Positions 32,656-41,960 of a stretch of DNA of 64,000 bases are shown here, piece by piece. Both the position numbers and the translations under genes were made by a program. Source of the DNA: Histomonas meleagridis 2922-C6/04-290x (Eukaryota; Protista; Parabasalia); contig JAANOX010000278.1 in assembly GCA_020184695.1 (NCBI GenBank), forward strand, positions 372,001-436,000, written 5' to 3'. The first letter of the stretch is position 1, and the number at the start of each line of letters is the position of its first letter. The notes under the pieces were generated by a model. The model made no database searches. It was not told the DNA's origin and saw nothing but the letters and a program-made list of their open reading frames with translations.

Positions 32656-34230
32656 ATGTTTGATTTCGATGATTCTTTTTCATTTGGAAAATTAAAGTAT
32701 TCAGATGAAGAAAAATCAAACAGTCATGGATTAAATTCAAAAGAAAATTTTTCATATTTTCCAGTTAAATCAATATCTTCACCTCAATTTCAGCCATTTA
32801 CCAACCTATTCATATGTGTTACAAAAGCATTTCACCTGGTTGGATGTTCTATGACTTCACTGTTTTTGAAAATTCGGATTATGCCAACAATTCCAATCAT
32901 CGAAACTCAAACTGTTTGGTGTATAAACAGTGACGTAAATTTTCGTTGTGGATATTCACTTGATTTTACCCAACAAGGATCTTTTTCACTAAGTGAATAC
33001 ACTCCAGTCATTGAATTTTATCGTAGATACAATACAGAATCTGAACTTTATGCCTTTTCACTTCTTCCACTTTCTTCTAAAGAATCTGTTGAGTGTGAAG
33101 GTAAACCTCTTACATTTTTATACAGAAATCAATCAATTGATCTTAAAAGTATTCATAATGGTCAAAATGTTGGTATAATAACAGTAACAGTTGCTCTTGG
33201 TTTTCCTGAGAACCAAAAGTACATAGATCCTGATTTTGGCCGTCCTATATTAGATGAGTCAAAATCAAATGAAAAACCAGCCACAGATAAACAAATTAAA
33301 AAAAGCACGCGCAAACACCACAAACATTCTAAGTCACAACACAAGCATCGAAGTCGGCATAAAAAACATTCTTCTTGGTCTCTCAAAGCAATTGCCAATG
33401 GATGGAACCCGCCAAGCTATGTTTCATCCGATTGGAAAGAAAAAGCAGTATCCAAAGGATGGAAGCCACCTACTTCTAACATTCATTCTAGTATTGGTGT
33501 TGAGTGTATTGTGAACGAACAGAAAAACGTTTCCATCAAATGCATTCAAACAGAGTTTCACAAAATTTTCGATGTAGAAGAAAATCAACAAAACAAAACA
33601 AATATAGATGATTTAGAAAATGAAATTGACGAAGAAGATGAAATAATGCAACTAATTCACCTTATGAATCCGAACAAAAATAAAAATAAAATAAAGAAAC
33701 AAGATGATAGCATCTCATCATCAGAATCTTTACCAAAACAACTTTCATTGTCATCTCCTAAATGTTTGTTTTCGAATTATGAGGAAGACATTAAACTTAC
33801 TAAGACGCCAATTATAACACTTTTCGATGTACAAGCAATTGAAATAAGTGATACAACAGATTTAAGCGAAATTTCATCAAGTATCGAAAACATTGATGAT
33901 TTGGTAAATCAATCCTTTCCATCAAAGGCTAGTAGTGATTCAAATGTATCTGAAATTGATGATTTGTCTGAACCAAATATTCATATTCTTGAAAATTTCA
34001 AACTGAGTGAAACAGAAGAAGAAAGTGAAAAGACAAAATCTATTGAATCTGTTTTAGAGTCTTCAAAGAAGCTAATTTCAGATACAAAGATTAGTGATAG
34101 TATAACAATTGAAGATGAAGAGTCCGAAGAAAGTTCAAGTTTTGATGCCGATGAAATTGTGAAAAGATTTGGAAACTTTGACGATCCTGAGCTGAAACAT
34201 TTGTTTTCTGTTTTTATGGGTAAGGAATAA
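32656..34230 (+). CDS. C2-domain protein (C2CD3-like) with basic and acidic low-complexity tail
   Basis: Beta-sandwich LFICVTKAFHL...IETQTVW...VIEFY...LLPL...GIITVTVALG; His/Lys-rich and acidic segments follow. Confidence 0.55.
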   Translation: MFDFDDSFSFGKLKYSDEEKSNSHGLNSKENFSYFPVKSISSPQFQPFTNLFICVTKAFHLVGCSMTSLFLKIRIMPTIPIIETQTVWCINSDVNFRCGYSLDFTQQGSFSLSEYTPVIEFYRRYNTESELYAFSLLPLSSKESVECEGKPLTFLYRNQSIDLKSIHNGQNVGIITVTVALGFPENQKYIDPDFGRPILDESKSNEKPATDKQIKKSTRKHHKHSKSQHKHRSRHKKHSSWSLKAIANGWNPPSYVSSDWKEKAVSKGWKPPTSNIHSSIGVECIVNEQKNVSIKCIQTEFHKIFDVEENQQNKTNIDDLENEIDEEDEIMQLIHLMNPNKNKNKIKKQDDSISSSESLPKQLSLSSPKCLFSNYEEDIKLTKTPIITLFDVQAIEISDTTDLSEISSSIENIDDLVNQSFPSKASSDSNVSEIDDLSEPNIHILENFKLSETEEESEKTKSIESVLESSKKLISDTKISDSITIEDEESEESSSFDADEIVKRFGNFDDPELKHLFSVFMGKE

Positions 34231-34786
34231 ATTTGTATTTAGTATGCTTTTGAATCATGTGAACCTGCGTCATATTGTGACCGATATTAGCAGACTTTCG
34301 ACTGTTTAAATTGTTACTTTCACACAGTGTTTTCATCGGTTGTTAGATTCTCTCCAAAACACTTTAGTTCTTGGAATACAAAATAATGAAAAAAGGAATA
34401 TTCATGGCAGAAATTATTGTGGTACAGCAATTATGGTTTAAGCCATCTAATTCTCTCTTGGACCAAAGTGTTATGATTATATACGAAAAATATTCACATT
34501 ACTGAATCGTAGAAATATTCAAAGACACTTTAAACCAGCAATCAACAATTGGAAATTATCCCTTGTTAACCTTATATATTTTACTGGTAAATAACACAAA
34601 CGACAAGCCCCAAAAAGGTCTTCTTATAGAAATACTTTATCAAAACCTACCATACAATGATTTGAAGCAAATACCATAAATTTTTTCTGTTCCATTGTGC
34701 ATTCACAGCATTTGATATCAAGAAATAAAGCCATTCAAAATATTATGTAAAGTTTTGAAAATAACAAACCCCAACTTTTTGTATGT

Positions 34787-34932
34787 TTTCCTTCATGTTC
34801 AAGAAGAATTTAACTGTTTCTGATGCAAACATAAGTGCTGTGCAAAATAATTTAAATAATTTTCAAATATTATTTTGAAATATAAAATAATAAAATAAAT
34901 ATCAAATAAAACAAATAAATATTTTTAGCATT
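34787..34932 (-). repeat. Solo degenerate unit of the interrupted-ankyrin array
   Basis: Reverse complement reads aatgctaaaaat + a 79-nt spacer close to those of the 24.5-kb array + acagcacttatgtttgcatca. Confidence 0.8.
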
Positions 34933-35826
34933 ATCACCATAATTTGATATTTTTTGTTTTATATTATTTTTTCGGATTGTTTTTACATCATGTCACTAGT
35001 TATTGTATAAGGGGCCCCATTCAAAATTCAATACATTTGTCTGTTAATTGTGTTGGAACAAACTTTTTGAACGTTAATCATTCAAAAATCTAAGATGACG
35101 ATATCATCTTCTTACTTTCATTTTTTTGACTGCTTCAAGGTAATTTTCTGTCACTTTTCAAAAAAAAAAAAAACGTTGTGTTGTAGCCTTGTGAACATCC
35201 TCCGATTGCAAAAACAATAAAACGCATACCTGTAAAAGTTGAATAAACTAACAACGAAAAGGCGAAGCGGTTGAAGCTATCTGTATCGTTTTTGACTGAT
35301 TTATTAGCAAGTTTCCGAAGTTTTCTCACAAATGTGTTTTTTCTTCTTGGCTTTCCCCATGTATTTCTTTTGCTTATTACAAACCTCTCCACAAAATTCA
35401 GGTTCAAAGATTATTCGTGATCAATTATCTATTTTCCAAACACTCAAACACTCGCCTTACCTTACTTTAGAACCCAAAAGGGATAATTACTTTATATTCT
35501 CAAGTCATAACAAAGAGAACGTATCCAGTAAAGTCACAAGCTTTGTTATGTTAAAAATCGATTCATTATCTTTTAACATCAGCACAAGAAAAAATAAGTG
35601 TCATTTCCCTTTATTAGAATTACCGATTTCATATGTTAAACATTATTTCAGGCTCTTTTCTTTAGTATTAAATCATTTTTCATTAAAAGCAAATTTAGCA
35701 ATTTCAATGAATAATTGCTTCATGAAGAAAATGTTCAAATTCTGTGAAACTGTTCAAGTTCTAATGTATAACTTTTTTATTTTGGGATTTTTCTTATTTT
35801 ATGAACTTAAAGTTTTAATTAACAAA

Positions 35827-37032
35827 ATGAAAACAAGCGAAAAGAAAAAACATAAAAATGTTTTAATTTTTGTTATATTTTTCGTGAATTCTTTTCAAAT
35901 ATTTTATGATGGTAATTCAACATTAACAATAATAAATTCAAATGATTTTAATGATATTGAACAATATAAAGATATCACGAAATTTATAATTATTAGTGAA
36001 GGAATTTATACAATTCCAAGTAATTCATTTTCAGGATGGACAACAGTTATTTCAGTTAATTTTGGTAAATCAGTCTCAGATATTGGGGGTTCTGTATTTT
36101 TCGTTATGTTTAAGTTTAGAAAATATTATTTTTGGAGAAAAATGTTTCAACAATTGGCGGTTCAGCATTTTTCAATCTGTTCATCAATCAAAAACGTTAC
36201 GATTCCAAATTCAGTTACAATGATTGGCGGTTATGCATTTTCGTCATGTTCTAATTTAAGAATATTAACACTTGGCTATGGAATCAGAGAAATTGGGAAT
36301 TCAGCATTTGGTAATTGTTATTCACTTGAATGCATTTATTATTATGGTGAGACGGAACCAGATATTGGAATAAATGCATTTCTTAATGTTACAACAACAG
36401 TTATAACATATCCAACATATAAAGACAATACATTTGCAGGATTACCTGTTGTTTCTGGTTCTATCGAAGGGAACTGCAATCCAATTCCAACGAATTCATT
36501 TTCATCATCACATACATTCAGTCGCAGTGATACATTCACTAAGTCAAATACATTTACTGAATCATTTCAAAGCGATTTAACATTTTCATATTCATATACA
36601 TTAACATATACATTAACGATTACTTATTTATTTACATATTATGAGACGCAAACAAGATCACTTTCATTATCTATAGTTAATTCAACATTTTCTTATATCG
36701 AAACGAAGTTTATTTATTATGATTACACAGTTATTATTTATTCAACGCATTTTAATTATTATTCAAATTTCATTACAATGTTTCACACGAACATTTTACA
36801 GACAAATGGACTTACGACTAATGTTTTAATTGGAATTGTTTGCGGATCAATTGCATTTATATTAATAATTGTCGGAATTGTTACGTTCTTAATAAAAAGT
36901 AATAATAAAAAAGAAAAATCGATTTCAAAGTTACAATTTAAGGACACAACGACATCAAGCACAAAACAAATTGAGGAAGTAAATAGTTTAGTTGAAGATA
37001 TTGTTAAAGAAGATGAAGACAATTGGCTATGA
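35827..37032 (+). CDS. BspA-like (TpLRR/LRR_5) surface protein, copy 1, EDNWL tail
   Basis: VTIPNSVTMIGGYAFSSC-type repeats, SNTF stalk, YYDYT module and TM. Three +1 homopolymer indels at 36097-36172 relative to copy 2 restore the frame. Start uncertain. Confidence 0.8.
   Translation: MKTSEKKKHKNVLIFVIFFVNSFQIFYDGNSTLTIINSNDFNDIEQYKDITKFIIISEGIYTIPSNSFSGWTTVISVNFGKSVSDIGGSVFFVMFKFRKYYFWRKMFQQLAVQHFSICSSIKNVTIPNSVTMIGGYAFSSCSNLRILTLGYGIREIGNSAFGNCYSLECIYYYGETEPDIGINAFLNVTTTVITYPTYKDNTFAGLPVVSGSIEGNCNPIPTNSFSSSHTFSRSDTFTKSNTFTESFQSDLTFSYSYTLTYTLTITYLFTYYETQTRSLSLSIVNSTFSYIETKFIYYDYTVIIYSTHFNYYSNFITMFHTNILQTNGLTTNVLIGIVCGSIAFILIIVGIVTFLIKSNNKKEKSISKLQFKDTTTSSTKQIEEVNSLVEDIVKEDEDNWL
35828..36531 (+). 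repeat. Recent direct duplication (copy A, about 700 bp)
   Basis: Near-identical to 38415-39115; differences seen are 2 synonymous substitutions and 3 single-base indels. Confidence 0.9.
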
Positions 37033-38413
37033 TTTGACTGTAAAATAAAATTTATTTTTATTTGACATATTTTAACATATTTAAAAAAGTATGAAATGAT
37101 TCGCAATGAGAAATGGAAATTGATTTACAATTTGTTATTATTACCAATGATAAAAACAAAGATAAAAGATAAAGAATATTGATTTGATGAAAAATTTGTT
37201 AGATCAAATTGAAGAAAAAAGTTTTCAATAACAAAAAGTTTTATAGTATATAAATAAGTATTACCTTTCTAAGTTATTAAATAGTAAACATTCAGTTACA
37301 TTTATTTAGATAATCATTATATCAAAAATATATCCTTTAAATGAAAAACACTATATTATATATCATTATATTTAAAGTTAATTAAACTTACTTTATAAAT
37401 TCAAGCTATTTTGAAACATCATTGATAGAATAGAATATCATATGAAATATATTTATATTCAAGGAAATGTTTAATTCATTTAATTTATATCAAACAAAGT
37501 AAATTAACATTTAAAATTCAATATCTCTTGAAAATTATGAAATTTCATTTTTTAAAAAATGTTTACCAGTCACAAAGACATATCATTTTAATCACCAAAA
37601 TCAACTCTAACACATTCATTCATTATCTTATTTAAAAGTGACCTTATAATCATTTAATTCAGCATCTTTTGTGGGTGTTTTTAAATATTGAAACAAGGAA
37701 ATTTAGGTTAAATTGAAAAACTTCAAGAAAACAACGAATTTTTTATTGATTAACCGTGCGATTTTTAACTTTTGTATTGGCCGATGTGTATTTAGTAAAG
37801 GCCTTCAACTATCAGATCGTGAAGCATGAAAATCCTTTTTTTACTGTTCATTTCGAACATTACAAAGCATTCTAGAGCCGATACAGCACCAGGAAATCCA
37901 TTTTTTACCACTATAAAAATATCAAATATGAAAAAGAACCAAAACAAAGAAAGGCCAACTCATAAACACAATGTTGGAGGTCCAATATCTGATGTAAAGA
38001 ACAAAAATTTTGATATATTTAACAATAATTATATTCTCTTTAAAACATGTTTATTTTCAAATTTCTTGACTAACAGTAAGCGTACATCAATAATACCTCA
38101 AGTTTTTAACGACAAAATAAAATTCCCAGTTTCATTTTTTTCAATTAATCAAAATAAATCTTTTATAGCCAGAATGCTTATTGAAAACAGCATATCAAAA
38201 CAAACTTTGAATAGATGTTATGGGTGTATCTCTTTGATCCAGTGTAAATTTCTTGGTTTTTCATTGATGCGAAACGACAAAGGAGACCGACCATTTAAAT
38301 TCAATGTCATTGTTCATTTAACCGCTGTTTTTTCAATGACATTAGTGGTTTATATCAATTTTTTTCAGAAAAGGCATGTAACCGCACAGAAATTGTTTTT
38401 GACCAAATATGTA

Positions 38414-39718
38414 TTGAAAACAAGCGAAAAGAAAAAACATAAAAATGTTTTAATTTTTGTTATATTTTTCGTGAATTCTTTTCAAATATTTTATGATGGC
38501 AACTCAACATTAACAATAATAAATTCAAATGATTTTAATGATATTGAACAATATAAAGATATCACGAAATTTATAATTATTAGTGAAGGAATTTATACAA
38601 TTCCAAGTAATTCATTTTCAGGATGGACAACAGTTATTTCAGTTAATTTTGGTAAATCAGTCTCAGATATTGGGGGTTCTGTATTTTCGTTATGTTTAAG
38701 TTTAGAAAATATTATTTTTGGAGAAAATGTTTCAACAATTGGCGGTTCAGCATTTTCAATCTGTTCATCAATCAAAAACGTTACGATTCCAAATTCAGTT
38801 ACAATGATTGGCGGTTATGCATTTTCGTCATGTTCTAATTTAAGAATATTAACACTTGGCTATGGAATCAGAGAAATTGGGAATTCAGCATTTGGTAATT
38901 GTTATTCACTTGAATGCATTTATTATTATGGTGAGACGGAACCAGATATTGGAATAAATGCATTTCTTAATGTTACAACAACAGTTATAACATATCCAAC
39001 ATATAAAGACAATACATTTGCAGGATTACCTGTTGTTTCTGGTTCTATCGAAGGGAACTGCAATCCAATTCCAACGAATTCATTTTCATCATCACATACA
39101 TTCAGTCGCAGTGATGCATATTCTTGCTCTAATACATTTGGTCAAAGTAATACATATTCAGTATCAAATACATTTAGCCAAAGTAATACATTTTCAAGGT
39201 CAATTGCATTTATCGAATCAATTCAAAGCTATTTAACGAAATCTTTTTCATATTTAATAACTTTTACATTATCAATTACGCATTCATTTACTTATTTTGA
39301 AATACAAACGCAAACAATTTCGCTAATTACAATTAATTTGTCGTATATTTATATAGAAACAGAACTTATTTATTATGATTACACTGTTATTATTTATTCG
39401 ACATTTTACAATTATTATTCGAATTTCTTTACATTTATTTATAGAAATGAAATCCAGACAGATGATAATAAGACGAAAATTATCATTATAATCGTTTGCG
39501 TTATTGTTGTTGTTATAATAATAATTTCATTACTTATTATATTATTGATTCGAATTAAAAACAAAAAAGAAGAAATTGCTGAAAACGAAATATCAGAACA
39601 ACAAAGTGATAATAACCAAAATTCAAATACATTCATAACAGGAATATCTATATCAAATATTGAAGAAGATCCTTTTGCAGATGATTTTAAAGAAGATAAA
39701 TTCATTGAACAAATATAA
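38414..39718 (+). CDS. BspA-like surface protein, copy 2, DPFADDF tail
   Basis: Same LRR head as copy 1 but a different stalk, TM and tail (EEDPFADDFKEDKFIEQI). TTG replaces the ATG of copy 1; start unresolved. Confidence 0.8.
   Translation: MKTSEKKKHKNVLIFVIFFVNSFQIFYDGNSTLTIINSNDFNDIEQYKDITKFIIISEGIYTIPSNSFSGWTTVISVNFGKSVSDIGGSVFSLCLSLENIIFGENVSTIGGSAFSICSSIKNVTIPNSVTMIGGYAFSSCSNLRILTLGYGIREIGNSAFGNCYSLECIYYYGETEPDIGINAFLNVTTTVITYPTYKDNTFAGLPVVSGSIEGNCNPIPTNSFSSSHTFSRSDAYSCSNTFGQSNTYSVSNTFSQSNTFSRSIAFIESIQSYLTKSFSYLITFTLSITHSFTYFEIQTQTISLITINLSYIYIETELIYYDYTVIIYSTFYNYYSNFFTFIYRNEIQTDDNKTKIIIIIVCVIVVVIIIISLLIILLIRIKNKKEEIAENEISEQQSDNNQNSNTFITGISISNIEEDPFADDFKEDKFIEQI
38415..39115 (+). repeat. 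Recent direct duplication (copy B)
   Basis: Same as copy A; identity ends at ...CAGTCGCAGTGAT within the stalk repeats. Confidence 0.9.
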
Positions 39719-40574
39719 TTTTAAATAAAACATTGTCTGTAATAAATGAAAATCATTTTTTCGATTTTGAGAAACTCCTAAACAATTTATAATGTTGTTT
39801 AAATTTGTTCAAGTAATTGTTAGTGATTCTCAAAGAAAAATTTAAGCATCGGTAAACATATCTTAACATCATAAAATATTTTTGTTTTTGTTTTCGTAGT
39901 TGATTGAATTTGACTCATATCGTCTTGTACACAGAATCAAGACCTTTGCCAGAAGAACATTTGACAGGTTAAATTGTTCTTTCGTGTTGTTTTGATTGAT
40001 TGAATCGACATTCCCACAAAAAGTATCACTTTTTAATAGTTCAAAATATGGGTATTTGGGTGTGTAATTGCGTTACGAAGTATTTCAGATATGTTATGAT
40101 CAGAATTATTTCTGGTAGATTAAAAATTTTATTTAAAAGAAATTTTATAAGAAGGCTCGTTGGTTAACCAAGTCTGTTAACAGCCTCTAACAAATGTGAG
40201 TACAAAATATGGATTAAAATCAAAAGCTTAACCAGAAACAAAATTAAAAAGTTTCGTTTACCTATGATTATTCAACCATTAGTTTTTTTCTAACGAAAAT
40301 ATGTAAACAGGATGTCAACAATGCTTCTTGAAGAACAAAAATTCGATGAAAAGTCAGCGGCTTATTCACTTTTTTCATTGATTTAACTGCAATAATTTAA
40401 AATACAAATTCTGGGTTAATTACTTAATAAATTCAGATAAAACCAGATAACATAAATCTCCATAAATAATAAATATATTTTTTGAGTCGTAAATTAAGAT
40501 TGCTTCAAAAGAACGCGAAATCCAGAAGAAAAGAAATTTCATTTCACTTAACATGACATTTGAGGTGAAATAAA

Positions 40575-41960
40575 ATGATTCGGTTTTGGAAGCCTAGCAC
40601 CCCCAAGGAAAAGGAACTCTCTGACCTTATGGGCAAGATACAAAAAGAGAGCGACAAGGCCCTTGTTTCTTTGCTTCCCCGGCTCATCGAATTTATTCCT
40701 GAATATACAAAATTAATTTTATCAAAGCTCTCATCCAAATTCGTAGATAGTTTAAAGGGTAAGACGCCAGAACTTACTGATGCTCAATGCGCAATTCTTG
40801 ATCTTCTTTGTGTATTTATGCAAAATTATGATCCACAAAACCCAGATACAAATCCTTATAATCTTTTGTTTAGTGAGTCCCATTTCCTTGATAATCTATT
40901 TTCTCATGTTTCAATTCTTGATCTCCGTCTTATAATGGTCATAACAAATTGCTTTGAATTTGATCCAATGCGCTTTGTTGGATGGATAAAAAAGAACTAC
41001 AAAGCTGTGTGCCCTTTGATTAAAATGGCCTCAGAAACCCAAAACATTGAGTCCTCAAAATTAGTTCAAAGATTAACAGTTTCCAATATGAAAGAAGTTT
41101 ATCCACTGCTTGCGCCATTCATCAAACCAATCCTCCCAACGTTTCCGGTCTCTGTTGTTATTGATTTTATGATCGCAAGTAATGAAATGAAGGAAATTAT
41201 CCCAGAATCAAAGTTTGAAGATTGGCTTCTTGGTCACCCAAGGTTTACTATCTCGGACATAGAGTGTGTTACCAAGTTTTACAACTTCATCTGGCTTAGT
41301 GAAACAACAATTAAATTAATACTTCGCTCAACGCCACCTGAAAAGGTCAAAGAAATAGTATGGTTCCACAGCCGACCAGCTCAAAGCATTAAGCTATCTG
41401 AAGAAGTCTTAGCTGAATGTGAAAAAAGATTAATTGATAATGAATTTATAAATGAAGAATCACGCGATGATGATTCAAGGCGTACAACTTATCACTTTGT
41501 TCATCTTTTTGCTCTTTCATTTGCTGATCCAAACCAAGTTTCTGAGGAAGTTATGAAATTTGTTGTATCATTAATTGAAGATGAAAATGAGTACATTGCT
41601 TCTGCTGCCATCCAATGCTTCATAATGTGGGTTAACAACTACCAATATAAGGTCAGTCCTCACATTGCATTTACAATCGCATCAATAATTGCCGATAGAG
41701 AGAAGGGACCGTTTATTAACCTCTGTCAAGCCGCTTTAACCGTTTTTGCAACGACACTTCCTGTTTCGGCCGCAATTTTGACTGAAGATCCTTCTTTAAG
41801 GTTCTCTAATAGCTCTGTGATACAATTAAAGAGATCCGCATGGACATTTCCACACTTTGTGAAAATATTGAAATCAATTGCTACAATGAAGGTCATCGAC
41901 TATAACCAAGCATACAACGCATTGGGATATGTTTCTGAGTTTCTATTTGATGGAAACTAA
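40575..41960 (+). CDS. Hypothetical helical (ARM/HEAT-like) protein
   Basis: 461-aa ATG ORF, higher GC than its flanks, with amphipathic helical patterns. Confidence 0.8.
   Translation: MIRFWKPSTPKEKELSDLMGKIQKESDKALVSLLPRLIEFIPEYTKLILSKLSSKFVDSLKGKTPELTDAQCAILDLLCVFMQNYDPQNPDTNPYNLLFSESHFLDNLFSHVSILDLRLIMVITNCFEFDPMRFVGWIKKNYKAVCPLIKMASETQNIESSKLVQRLTVSNMKEVYPLLAPFIKPILPTFPVSVVIDFMIASNEMKEIIPESKFEDWLLGHPRFTISDIECVTKFYNFIWLSETTIKLILRSTPPEKVKEIVWFHSRPAQSIKLSEEVLAECEKRLIDNEFINEESRDDDSRRTTYHFVHLFALSFADPNQVSEEVMKFVVSLIEDENEYIASAAIQCFIMWVNNYQYKVSPHIAFTIASIIADREKGPFINLCQAALTVFATTLPVSAAILTEDPSLRFSNSSVIQLKRSAWTFPHFVKILKSIATMKVIDYNQAYNALGYVSEFLFDGN

Noticed and set aside
40154-40164. GGCTCGTTGGT resembling a tRNA-Pro 5' end
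   Set aside because: No D, anticodon or T arm follows.
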